Assembly (NCBI GenBank): GCA_965649825.1
Contig: OZ287698.1
Location: forward strand, 1,131,949 to 1,195,948
DNA length: 64,000 bases
Direction: 5' to 3'
DNA from: Penicillus capitatus
Taxonomy: Eukaryota; Plantae; Chlorophyta
Within the stretch, counting starts at the first letter, position 1. Each line of letters opens with the position of its first letter. Made by a program: the position numbers and the translations under genes. Below, piece after piece: positions 1 through 11,716 of the stretch. The notes beneath the pieces were generated by a model, which searched no databases, was not told the DNA's origin, and worked only from the letters and a program-made list of their open reading frames with translations.

Positions 1-1339
1 CTAGGAGGACGCTCATGGCAACGACGCGCAGTTTAATAAGATACCTATCATGACTAGCAAGACATTGAGTATCTCTGTAGCGGATATCTATTTCTTTAAA
101 ATAACCTATGGCGCACACCGGTCATCATCGTCTTCGGCATTTGTTTAATGCAGAACGATTGTTCGTTGATTTGTTAGGACCGAGGGGTGTCGCGAGAGGT
201 ATGAGTGCGTCGAGGCCACGAGTAGAGACGAATCAGACGGGTATTGTTACAGGTGAGTCTGTACATCGTTATACGGGTAAACGTCCTGTCAGTCGACACT
301 GACGTTTCTTGATCGAACAGATTCAAAAACAACGACAGTCGCGTTTGTCTGCGCTTTGTCCGACGTGTTTACGTCTACGTTTGTGTTGCGTTTGTCGACG
401 AAGGGCTATACGATGTATGAGTGTTCTGTCCATCTCTCGGCCGTTCTAGACTGCGAACGCTTTTCCTTCTAATTTTACTATCTGTTCTACGTATGTTTGG
501 CTTAAGGACAACGAAGTCACGGAACTTCTGGCTACATTTGGAAGAAGCAAATCAGGCACAACACGCACCCGACGTCTGGCATTTCCGCAAACCATTATAT
601 GCGGTGTAGCGCTAAACGAAATTGTTGGAAATGTAGCGTCCTATCCGTCGTTCGTAGCCGTCGGAAGCGGTTCGATGTTAGAGTAACCACCTTGGCGCGC
701 TGACCACCAGCTGCGACGGGTGTTAGCCTCCGAGCCAACTTCCTCATAACGATAGAGGGATGGTTTCCGAACGTGCCTTGAAGTTCGCGACTGTTAGTGC
801 TTGGGTTAGAAAGCTCTCAACCACCGTGGATATTTAAGACCGACATTTCTGTTGTAATTGTCCTCGAGTTCGTGTGCTATCGTGTAAGTGTTCATTTGGC
901 GTCGTCATTCGTGCGTTTTCGACTCAGCACTTCCGCAATCCGTTACATCGACCCCACAAGAAATCATCCTTTTAGAAGACATCGTGAGGCCGTCCGAAAG
1001 CAAAGCGGAAGTTCGTCTCATCGTGATAAATCTTCCATCGTATGGAGCATTCATTGCCGTTTAGCGTTCGCGTGTTCGTCTAGTCTCCAACCCTTGCTGT
1101 TCATATAATGGATGCACGTGACCAAGAATGGGCCGAAAACGGCTATGTCGATGACGATTTGCTCCAAGCCTCAGTGGGAATTGTCGGGAATCGAGTAAAA
1201 TACTGGAAAAAACTCGGAGTAGAAAAACACGCGACGACGATGATAGAATGCACTCAAACGATATCACCAAGAACTCGAGATAAATTACAGGGAGAATGCC
1301 CCCTTTTAATACCTTTAATAGTCAAAGGTTCGCTAACCT

Positions 1340-2439
1340 TTGCCTCCGCCAGTAAAACTGGAATTTGAGAAGGTCTACTGTCCTTACCTTCTCATGACAA
1401 AGAAGCGATATGCCGGGTTGCTCTGGACACGACCTGAAAAGTACGACAAGATGGACACAAAGGGCATCGAATCGGTGAGACGGGACAATTGCTTGCTGGT
1501 ACGAAGAGTGGTCACGACCTCTCTGGAGAAACTCCTCATTCAACGAGACATTGAAGGCGCCGTGAAATATGTCAAGGGGACGATCTCTGATCTGCTGATG
1601 AACCGATTGGATCTCAGCGAACTGGTCGTGTCCAAAGTGAGAGATCTCTTGGCGAGTGGGCAAGGCAACCGTGTGCGTTTAGGGACTGTCGAGAGACGCT
1701 GGAGACTACGAGACCAAGATTGCACACGTCGAGCTGGCAAAGAAGATGCAGAAGCGCGATCCGGCTACCGCACCAGGTGCGTCTGTCCCTCGCCTGCCCA
1801 GGCCGTCGATCGATGCTGCGAAGGGATCGGCGATCGGGTGCCATATGTCATTATCAAGGCTGCCAAGGGCGCAAAGGCGTACGAGAAGGCAGAGGATCCC
1901 ATCTTTGCACTGGAACACAATCTGCCGATCGACTTCCAGCACTACGTCGATCACCATCTGTCGCAGCCGATCGTTCGGATCTTCGAGCCCATTCTGAAGG
2001 AGAGAGTCAAGGAGCTTCTCAACGGAGAGCACACCCGAAGCGTCATTGTCTCGACGCCGTCTGCCGCCTCGGGAGGCATCATGAGATTTGTCAAGACCTG
2101 TCCCAAGTGCTTGGGATGCAAAGCGCCGTTGGACGAAGTATTCGCCACGCTCTGCAAGCACTGCGAGCCCGACATGCCGCGAATCTACGTCGACCATCTC
2201 GCCAAGTGGGATCCACCTTGTGCGAGACATCCATCGGTCGACAGCCGTGCCGTTCTAGGGTGAATGACCTGGAAGACATGTTCGGTCGACTGTGGACACA
2301 ATGTCAGACCTGTCAGGGCAGCATCATGCAGGAGGTGCTCTGCACCAATCGAGACTGTCCGATCTTCTACAGGAGAAAGAAGGTGCGCAAGGATCTCAAC
2401 GACGCCCACAAGAACCTCGTCAAATTCAACGACGCATAA
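1340..2439 (+). CDS. POLD1: DNA polymerase delta catalytic subunit, C-terminal part only (3 introns: 1637-1682, 1777-1823, 2206-2258); 5' part missing
   Basis: Motifs [38 protein letters not shown] and GDRVPYVII, plus C-terminal CysA/CysB (CPKCLGC...CKHC; CQTCQG...[10 protein letters not shown]). GT-AG introns restore the frame. Confidence 0.95.
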
Positions 2440-2481
2440 ACGTGTCGCGCTTTCACACAAGGAACCCATGCGCGCGAGTGA

Positions 2482-2486
2482 TGTAA
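2482..2486 (+). promoter_or_regulatory. TGTAA putative polyadenylation signal downstream of POLD1
   Basis: TGTAA 43 nt after the stop; this is the known chlorophyte poly(A) signal. Confidence 0.45.
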
Positions 2487-2500
2487 AGAAGAGAGAGACG

Positions 2501-3288
2501 TCAGAGAAGCCATGGCTTGTCCGCCCTTGGCTTTCTCTTGAAGATTTTCGTCACTCTCTTCGACAGCGAATTGAATTTTTGGATCGTCTCTTCAAAACGG
2601 CGATCCGTTCGAACCTCTGCCAAGTCTGGATCGCTGCGCAATGTCTCGAAGTCTTCAAACTCCAAATCCAGCAGCGCTTCGAGACATGTCATGGCGCTGT
2701 CCATTTCTCCAAGCTTCCCATAGCAGCAGACGATGTTGTACAGCGCCGCCTGTTCTTCACTCTGACTCGGTCCGCTGAATTCCGTCGCCTGTCCGGCGTA
2801 ACGAAATCTGCCCTCGCCTGAAAGCCACCTCGTTGACAGCATGGACAGATACGTCCTCTGTTCTTACCCGGCAGTTCAAGAGAGGCGTTGAAAGCATCGA
2901 GTGCTTCTGAATAGCGTTGCTCTTGAAATCTCTCCAGTCCTATACGGATCGCCTCGCCACACGACTGAAACACCTTCCTGTCCCGCCGGCAACTGACACA
3001 TGAGATGAATGTACGGACGGAGTACTTTGCCGTTCGGTTTCTGCTGCGCGTTTCGGGTTCGGTTTCGCTCACATCCGTTTCTTCAGCCATCGAAGAAGCT
3101 GCGTCCATATCACTCGCCCTATGTTGGCTTCCCCGCCACACTACCGATGGTATGTCGCCAAGAGATGGCAATGAAAGTCGTCCATGACGTCGTTCCCTAG
3201 CCACTCGCGTGACCGAGGTGCGTCGCAGAGGCAGATCGCGCGGACATCCATGATACCGCACCGAGGCTTGACATTTTGTAACGCTCAT
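2501..3288 (-). CDS. Plastid TPR protein, MET1/LPA1-like TPR module without PDZ (2 introns)
   Basis: AALYNIVCCYGKLGEMDSAMTCLEALLDLEFEDFETLRSDPDL resembles the MET1/LPA1 TPR. The N-terminus is Arg/Ser-rich, like a transit peptide. Confidence 0.7.
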
Positions 3289-3392
3289 CTGTCTGATTAT
3301 TTTTGTATTGATGTCACGATTTTGTATCGCTCGTTGATTATGGTCATCCAACCCTCTCAACTGCATATAGCCATGTCACGGACTCGACTCAC

Positions 3393-5245
3393 CTATCTTT
3401 CGATCTCTATGTTTTGCTTAGTGCGGCATTTCTTAACCTGCTGCGTTGATAAACTGCCTCAGACGGGCAATTCCATAAAGAGCTAGTTGCACTGCTTCCA
3501 TGCCAACTGCCACATGTGCAGAAAGACGTCCGGCCTCATCGTCCAACTACATGACACAGTGTGAGATCGGACTGCGTTGCGGAGGAGTGAGGGGATGACA
3601 TGCGGAGATACGGGAAAGGATTCGAGCTCTTTCTGTAGGTCCATCACTTTGATGTGGACGGTTTCGAGGCGAGATAGCGAAACCCGCCTCGATCGAGTCC
3701 TGACTGGCTCTGCCGCCTGCAACACTTCGTGGATTGTTTTGAGTTTCGGCACCAAACCCAAAACCAAATCCAGAGAACTCTTCAAAGACTCACTCTGATC
3801 CACCCACCCACAAATCATCAACACACGCACATACACACTGAATAGAGGCATACGTTGAAAGAGGGCGGCTGTGAGTAGGATTCGGTTTCATTGCGAGATC
3901 GGCGTCGGAACCAGAGATGCCGATCTGTACGGTTTGAGCGAAGGCTCCCAGTATCAAGGGATGAACGATGAAGAATGTCTGTTCTTGAGCCTGTCTCTTT
4001 GTGCTGTTCAAGTTCTTTTACTTTTTGGCATGCAGAGAGCCATTTGGACTCCCATTCTGAGGCGCTCTCAAGTGCTGTCACCTTTGCTTCCACGGCTGCC
4101 TGCACCTCCGTCATTTTACGCGTCAACAATCCCTCTGTTTCGTCCAACTGAATCTTTAAACGCTCGATCGTCTCGTGCGCTTCGACCCGAGCTTCATTCA
4201 CTTGTTGTTGACGCGATTCCTGTCACATCAAGGCATCGACATCTAAACAACTGTGTTGCGTGCGTTTTTGCGTTGTCTTACTTTGAACAGCTCTGCCTGG
4301 GCTTGGGCGGCAGCCACTTTGGAATCTGCATCTTGTAGTTGGGAGTTACGCTTCACCAGTTCTGTTGTGGATTCTTCCAATCTCCTCTACACACGCAGAC
4401 ACCATCCATCTCTTGTATCCGTTCGCTGTTCATCATTTCGCATTTACTTCGAGATCTGAGCTTCTGTTCTTCTCTGTCTCGATCATGTACGTCACCTGCG
4501 CTTGAACGTTTTCCAGTTCGGCTTGCAACACTTCCTTCTCTTCTTTCAATTGATCGACCGTCATCCATGCGCCCCGGATATCTTCCTCGAGCACTTTATA
4601 AAGACTCTGTAGTTTGTTGTATTGACCCTGTGATTCATTGCGTTGATGTCGCATGGATTGCAGCTGGGCCTCGAGTTCCGGAATGCGTGCACATTCCAGT
4701 AAACGTTCCTCGAGGTGCTGCACCTGCGCTGTCGCTTCTTGACGCTGACCATCGAGCTCTTCTCCACGTCGCACGGCCTTATCGAGGCGCTGGGATGTTT
4801 CATCCAACGACCGTTCAAGCTCGAGATTCGCCCGTTTGAGTTCTTCGACCTCATATGAGTACAGATTCCTCTCTTCCAGTGCACGAGCACACTGTTTCTT
4901 ATAAAATGTCAGTTCTCGCTCCAGAACACGGTTCTTCTCCATCTCCGATTTCGAAATGGCATCCGATTCGCGCTTCGCCGTGACGATTTGTTCATTATCT
5001 TCACGCAACGAATCGCGTTCTTCGCTCGTGCGAGTGAGTTCGTTGCGGAGGCGACGTCGTTCGTCGTCTGCTTGAGCGAGACGGTCGCTGAGGACGGAAG
5101 ATGAGGTCGACCAAAATGAACGCTCTTTCTTGACCAGGCGACCTTCGAGGTCATCATACAGCTCCTCTTTATCTTTTTCTAACCTACGTATCGTCTCTTC
5201 CAGCTCCGATATACGACGCTGAAGGTCGACGATAACGGCAGACAT
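3393..5245 (-). CDS. Long coiled-coil protein of unknown function (multi-exon; 3' end approximate)
   Basis: Heptad-rich E/K/Q/L ORFs at 4433-5245, 3818-4201 and 3483-3851, joined by plausible GT-AG introns. Confidence 0.6.
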
Positions 5246-5324
5246 CTCGATCGAAACGAATATATCATGCACGGGACGCGTACCGACAAACTTTTGGCGA
5301 TATCCTTGCACAAATGTCCGCGGT

Positions 5325-7015
5325 TCAGCCATAGGAGGCAACCGAGATCGAAGGTTCTTTGCCAGAGGGACGGGATAATTCGTAGGAACGACACAGGTCT
5401 TCAAGCTGCTGCACCAGATGTGTCGCAGCGCGAGGTGCGGGGGCATCGTCAGTCAGGAGCTGTTTAGCAGTGACTGGGGCACCATAGAATCTCTCGTTGA
5501 GTTTGGAGCGTACAGAAAGGAGTGTTCCATCCAGAGAGGCGCCAGCAAAAGCTCCACGGCAGAAACAGAACCCCGTGGCCCGAGACACTCGTGTCCCTTC
5601 TCCGCTGCCCACCTAACACGGCAGTATAGAAGACGTCGTCTCCCGATGCGATGTTATTCCCACCCGCAATGTAATGGAGTGCTGGAATCCGGGTCCTACT
5701 CCGAGAGAGGCACTTACCCCTCCATTCAACCCAATTTGCGTCTCTCCTGGAATGATAGATGCTTGTCGGATGAAAGCAGAGAGAGACCTACCAGTGAATG
5801 CGTTAATGGATTCGGGTGTGGACAACAGGATGACGGAATCCATCAGTTGCCCTCCGATCTGCAATCCTGCGCCGAAGCTGGCAGAAGTCAGTGAACAGGG
5901 TCGACCCCAGTGCCGCTCGCTGCCCACCCTCGACAGCACGAGTCCTTTGGAGCAGGACATGCTCTCGGGTATGAAAGTGCATCTGCTGCACGATACCTGT
6001 CCCGAATCGGCAGGAACTCACACCGAATGCCACTTTGAGCTCGGAGAGGACGACAATGCCCTCTGTTGAATTGAGGAGATCCTCTGGCACCACTCCAGGG
6101 ACACTGAGCACTAACTGGCAGGACAGAAATGTGAGAATGTGTGAGCGTTAGATACCATTGACCACTTCACTTTATGAAATGTCCGCAGAATATTGGTTGC
6201 TTTGTAAATATCGTATTCCACGTTTTGCGAAACAGGTGCATTGATCCAGGATCGTAAGGCACACCAATCAAAGGCATCTTGAACAGGCACTTGGTCAAAT
6301 CTTGGCTGCAGATCGTAGAATGCTCCCTGCCAAGGCCTTAATACATCCGCACACATATGACACACTCTTTGAGGCTCCCTGCTCTTCCAATTCATCTGAC
6401 CGAGTCCCACACCATCTGACCATACTTTGCTGCGAATCTGGGTGGGAGCAGATGATGTTGTGTTGAGCATTCGTGGCAGAAGAGCTGTCCACAGAGTCGA
6501 CAATGGTGCCGTCTTCGCATCAACGGCAGAAACGGCTTCGCGCATCCCATGCAATTGAGAGAGCTGCTATCTGGCATCCACCGAGGTGGTGCGAGTTCAG
6601 TAATGTGAACGCCTTCGTTAATGGGCGGAGCACTGGGTGCAGCATCGTCCATCATGGACTGCCGCATGAGCTCATTCGTGTAATGCCAGGTCGTGTTCTG
6701 CGATGACGGCAGGGCTTCCCACTCCGCCTCACCGTCGACTTCGACGCTCATACGCTGCTTTGTCAGCTCGTCCATCAAATCACGCAGCTGTGTGTTGGGT
6801 ACGAGTGGGAGGTCCTTATCAAACGGCGCACGGCATAGAGGACACTCTGGCCGCAACAGTTGCAGCGTCTGGAAACACTCTAAGCACCCATTGTGTCCTG
6901 AACGAGCATATCCATCACGTATCGCTGGACGGGGGCAGCGCCTACCGCACGGCAGTGTCGAAGGGCCACCGCGATGACCGAGTCTATCGCAGCAGATCGG
7001 ACACGTTAGATCCAT
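5325..7015 (-). CDS. RING + FYVE + SYLF(Ysc84) domain protein
   Basis: RING CPICC...HNGCLEC...CPLC; FYVE PPRWMPD...CMGC...RRHHCRLCGQLFCHEC; SYLF-like GLQIGGQLMDSVILL and FAGASLDGTLLSVR. Confidence 0.85.
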
Positions 7016-7298
7016 TCCGGCCAACACACGAGATGAAGGAACATCACGACGCGATGATGGCACATGGAGGACGTTCCCCCTCGGGTCACATCCATTCTCC
7101 GCTTGCCTGTCAGCTCAGGCAACAGACAATGAGACAGAGTGTCCAGATCTTTGTCATGCCTTACTGATCGTTTTCGTCGCATCGGACGAAGACTTACCAC
7201 ATGATGACGTTATGGATGCTGAGTCGACACGGAGTCATTGGCCATCCGCTTTATTTTCTCTCTGCGTTCATCGTCGTCCGTCTAGTCCCCTGTTTTCC

Positions 7299-7943
7299 AT
7301 GGCTGAGCTGGGATTGAAGTTGCGTTACTTTCCGGCGCGTTCTCGCGGCGAGGCGATTCGAATGCTATTGCGACACAAACAGATTCCGTTTGAAGATATC
7401 GTGGTTCGTGGACCGGAGTTTATGAAGCTGAAGCCGGAGTTGCCTACGGGCCAGTTGCCTGTTCTCGAAGTGAATGGACGCAATTACCCCGAGAGTGGCT
7501 CTCAGTTGCGTTTCATCGGCCAGATCACGTCAACGATACCAACAGATCCCGTTCAGTTCCTCGCTGCGGATGCAGCCTACGAGGTCGCGCGCGGACTAGC
7601 GCCGATCGACCCAATTATCAATCGTTTCGAGGGCGACATGCTTACAGAGCAGTACAAAAACTATTTCGAAAAGCTGCTGACGCCGCGCCTGACGTTTTTA
7701 TCCGAGACGCTCGCGGATCGACCCTTCTATGGAGGAGATGTCGCATGTTATGCAGATTTTGGCATCTGGCCTTACTTGGACAACACGGAGACCGTCAAAC
7801 CAGACAGTGTGACCCCTGCCAATTTGAAAGACTGGATGCAGCGCCTCGCTTCCTTAGAAGAAGTGAAAAAATATCTCGCCGAACGTCTGGAAATTCGCGA
7901 AGAGCGACGTCTTGTAATTGAGCAGTTGCGTAGCTCTGGATGA
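7299..7943 (+). CDS. Glutathione S-transferase, sigma-like, intronless
   Basis: LRYFPARSRGEAIRMLL...LPTGQLPVLEVNG..ESGSQLRFIG N-domain and YADFGIW C-domain; 214 aa. Confidence 0.92.
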   Translation: MAELGLKLRYFPARSRGEAIRMLLRHKQIPFEDIVVRGPEFMKLKPELPTGQLPVLEVNGRNYPESGSQLRFIGQITSTIPTDPVQFLAADAAYEVARGLAPIDPIINRFEGDMLTEQYKNYFEKLLTPRLTFLSETLADRPFYGGDVACYADFGIWPYLDNTETVKPDSVTPANLKDWMQRLASLEEVKKYLAERLEIREERRLVIEQLRSSG

Positions 7944-8042
7944 GATGTGGCGCTTCTCTTACAGCAGACAATACACAATTGCACTGTTGGATCGATGTGT
8001 GTCTTCAGCACGTTTCTTTCGACAAGGCATTGCACTGTTTAC

Positions 8043-8047
8043 TGTAA
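8043..8047 (+). promoter_or_regulatory. TGTAA putative polyadenylation signal of GST
   Basis: TGTAA about 100 nt after the GST stop. Confidence 0.4.
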
Positions 8048-8087
8048 AGCAAAGATGTAGTTCGGTGGTGGAGGAGGAGGACCCCCA

Positions 8088-8117
8088 CAACAACAACAAC
8101 AACAACAACACAACAAC
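8088..8117. repeat. (CAA)n microsatellite
   Basis: Direct reading: caacaacaacaac..., with one interruption. Confidence 0.95.
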
Positions 8118-8289
8118 TTAACAGAGATTTGGGAAAAGAAAGATCGCTACGATCTTAAATCAAACGGTTCTTAGTCTTCACTGCTATCCATAATCTCCTC
8201 GCAGAAAAACGGAATCCACTCACTCAAAGAGAACAAGGACCTCATTCGTTGTCAAGCAAAACAAAAAGAAAGCACCCCAGACGATCGCA

Positions 8290-8967
8290 TCAATCATCGT
8301 ACTCCCACAATCCACTCTCCAGTTGTTCCGTTCCAACATAGCACTGCAGTTCGGGGACTGGGGTGAAAAGAGAAAGCAGCAGGGGATGCTGGATAGCGAA
8401 GGCATCTGTTGAAGGTGCGATATTATCGTCAGCGACGTATGTTGTTTGATCTCCAGGTCGATCTCTCACATCGACGAGACAGTGATAGAAAGGTTGATCG
8501 GCGCCTCGTTCGAGACAATGCAAACCCATTGTCCGAACCCACGAGACATCCATTCGGCAACGACAATCCGGTTTGAAAATGACACCTCTGTATCCATACT
8601 TCTTGTGGAAGAAACACTGTCCGATGAACTTGCCACGGCTTTGCTCCAGTAATGAGCGCACCTCGTCCGAACAGGAGGGCGCTGTGGTGTGGAGGTCCAT
8701 TTTTATTTTGTCTGCCGTAGCATAGTTAGAGAGCAAGACGGCGTCCACAAGCTGCTTTTGCAGTGCGTACTCGTTGGCCTTAAAAGTATGGAAAGCGTCG
8801 TCGAATGTCATTGACTGATGTGCAAGGCACAACCGACCCATGACGGCAGAATACTGGCGGCGCAGAGAGTATACTGGACGACGACGTGTTGAGAGGAACC
8901 TGAAAGGCGATCGAAAAACCAAACACGATGGAGAGACGCGGAACGCAGAATCCGTGGACGGCATCAA
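8290..8967 (-). CDS. ClpF-like plastid protein (UVR-like helix + YccV/HspQ domain)
   Basis: KFIGQCFFHKKYGYRGVI...QPFYHCLVD...TTYVADDNI...IQHPLL is a YccV/HspQ signature; the N-terminus resembles a transit peptide. Confidence 0.75.
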   Translation of the reverse strand: MMPSTDSAFRVSPSCLVFRSPFRFLSTRRRPVYSLRRQYSAVMGRLCLAHQSMTFDDAFHTFKANEYALQKQLVDAVLLSNYATADKIKMDLHTTAPSCSDEVRSLLEQSRGKFIGQCFFHKKYGYRGVIFKPDCRCRMDVSWVRTMGLHCLERGADQPFYHCLVDVRDRPGDQTTYVADDNIAPSTDAFAIQHPLLLSLFTPVPELQCYVGTEQLESGLWEYDD

Positions 8968-8983
8968 CTGCGTGACTGGGGCG

Positions 8984-9650
8984 TCATGTTAAGCGTACGA
9001 CACAAAGATGGTGTTTGTCACCGAGTATTTGCGTTGCCTCCAGGTCGAACAAGAAACGAACAGACGGTGTACAGCGCACATATAAGTCGTGCGCTGTAGG
9101 AGTGGGAAGAGATCCATCGAGAAGTGGAGAAGGTGCTAGAAAGGGTCCTCCATTACATTCAAAACCTTCAGAAATGCGGGACAGAGACAGCACCTGCGTT
9201 AAGAGCACTGGCTGAAAAAGTGTGATCTCAGAAAGAGTGATCAAGAACGACGAGAATCGCTTCATGTGCCGTTTCAGTTACCGAGTGAAGAGCTGCAGAG
9301 TTATATTGGGAGAAAATGTCGAAGAAAGATGGGTCTGTGTGGATGGCATGTGGCATCCGAGGCAGAGAACGCATTCACAATTCTGAAATCGTCTCCCAGG
9401 CGATGTGTAGTGCTGATTGGCGAGATGGATACGCTCATCTCGGCGGAACATTCAAGACATAGACAATCTTTACCGACCGGGACGTGCATGTCTGGCTCTC
9501 TCGATGACCACTTATCGCATCGTGATCTCCTGTTCATGGCGTCGTCCAAAACAGACGAGCTCAGAAGAGAGCACATCCTTCTGGTCCGCGGTTTCATTTT
9601 TCTGGCCATATGCGAAGAGGGTCGTTGCGGCAGGAGACGATGGTGAAAGA
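8984..9650 (-). other. Probable multi-exon gene of unknown product (not resolved)
   Basis: Coding-like composition and short minus-strand ORFs, but I could not build a convincing model. Confidence 0.2.
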
Positions 9651-9895
9651 CATCGATGCGTTTTCGAACATCGCTATACTACAGACGTACTTGAGTGTAT
9701 GGGCACTGCGACCGTACGTGACCGGACACTTGGCTCAAATGTTTCTGCGCCTAGCTAACGCCCAGTTGGTTGGCTGAGTCGACGAGAAGAATACGACAAG
9801 AAAGCGGTTACAGCAAGGACGTGCTGCTGGTTTTGAGTACGGTCGTCTTGCTCTTTTCGCATTGTACTACGTGATCCAAGCGAGCGCGTTCGCGA

Positions 9896-11394
9896 TCACA
9901 TGCCTCGACGATGCAGCTCAGCCGCGATCGCCCGCATGCGCTCTTTGTGTGCCTGGTGCTCGCGGTCGAGACGCTGAAGATCCGAGAGGACGCGCTTTTC
10001 GGCCTTGTCTTTAAGCGGCCGATCACTGTTGACGGCTTTTCTGCCAGGCTTGGGGATGGATTTGGAGTATTCTATGGCCTTTCGCCGCCCTGCCATATCA
10101 TTCTTCTTTTTGGCGTCCATTGCCTCCACCGGTCTCTGCTTCATGGTTTTGTTGATCTGATTCACTCTATGAGAGAAGGCTTTGACGCGAGCATAGGTGC
10201 GTTGCTGAGTAAGAGGATCACACATTTGAAGGCATGAGAAGACGCCAATCATACCTTTTCTCGGCGTTCGGGATCCTGCATGTCGGGTCCGAGCTTTCCC
10301 AACATCCAGTACGCCTTGTTGGATCGATGTCTATTTTGATCACTCTTTATGTATCCGATAGGAGCCATGGACTTGAGTGATGCTCTTTCCGCGTAGTCTT
10401 GTCGGCAGGACGATGCTTCCGGTCGCTGTTCATGCAACGCATGGTCGAGGTTTGGACCGCCAACGACTGCAAAGAGTGAATTCGAGGCGATCGAACCCCC
10501 GTCGGGCGTGTGCTTCACCGTGTTTGATCGTGATGGCATCGGACGCTGCCTTGTCCTCGACGAAGTACAGACGATCCGGTCTCTCAAGAATGGTGTTCCA
10601 GTTAATACCACCATTCCGCTGTCCACCTTGCGTCACATTCGGCTGACAGCAGCGCTCTCGATGATCGAGTATCGTTCGTCCGGTGGCAATCGACTCAGGA
10701 GGCGGCCGGAGTCTCTCTGCCAACCTTCGCGATTCGGATGAAGTCTGCCTCGGGAGGGACTTTTTCCGAAGGACAGAAGAGAGAAGTTGTCGATGTGGGC
10801 AGTATCGGTCGTCTTTGGTATCGCCCGTCGGGTTATCGCAGTGAGAAGCCGTATCTAGAAGTCCTGTCAAGTCGATCCGATGATAGATCCGACGGAGGTC
10901 GACTTGGTGATGGATCGTCGCGCGATGCCGTGTGGATGTGACCTTGACCGTTTGGCGACGTTCCATGAAGCCAGTGATGAAGATCTGTCAACAACGTGAC
11001 AGCTGCATCGGGTGTCGCCATCATAATTGCCTCGATTTGCTGATGCGACACATGGAATGCGTGTTTCTACCTAGTGGCAGTTCTGTAATAATTGCGACCC
11101 ATTGAATGGCACTGTGCCGTGAAGAATTTGGATAGTAGTCGCCAGTTGTGGACCTTTCGTTCAGTGCTTGTTGCGTTTAGGAATGCATGGATGTGAATGT
11201 CCTGTGGAAAGTACCTCCACAGAATTTCGGCGAATAGAAATCCATTAGCGAAATCCCTGATCCGCGGCACATCCATGCAGCCAAGTACCGCGGCGAATGA
11301 CTGTTACGCGATACCTTCGTGTCTGTTTGATATGGAATGGCAGTTCCATGGAGTGGATCCACTTCAGAAGCTCTCTCGGCAGACGTGTCGTCAT
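9896..11394 (-). CDS. SPEF1/SPATA4-type CH domain protein with JHY-like C-terminus (ciliary)
   Basis: LPRELLKWIHSMEL...RDFANGFLFAEILWRYFP...KVHNWRLLSKFF (CH_2); C-terminal LGKLGPD and RKAIEYSKSIPKP...LQRLDREHQAHKERM (JHY-like). Confidence 0.7.
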
Positions 11395-11716
11395 GAAAAC
11401 GTGCCGAAAATAGAGTAAGATGCAATCCACTGTGAATCTGGTTCGCTTAGGCGAAGTCTGAACGACGCGTCCGAGTCGCGACAAATATAGACGGCAGTAC
11501 CGAAAATGAAAGTACCCGACCGTACCCCAGAAAACACTCGACCATAAATCCGACCTCGGTGGATGATGACCCGTTAGCGAATTTGACGTAGCAAGGAAAG
11601 TCCCATTCTTTGGCCTACGCTTGGAATTGGGAATAACTACTGTGGGGGCAGTCATCACCCGTACGTAACATTTTAGTTTGACTTTCTTGACCGGACCTTA
11701 CCTGGTCAATTCCGCC

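Noticed and set aside
1108-1368. ORF with YVDDDLL and VGNRVKYWKKLG, faintly reminiscent of an RT motif or a DIRS RT N-terminus
   Set aside because: The motifs are in the wrong order, the ORF is only 86 aa, and there are no other RT, RNase H or recombinase motifs or terminal repeats. It cannot be called a mobile element.
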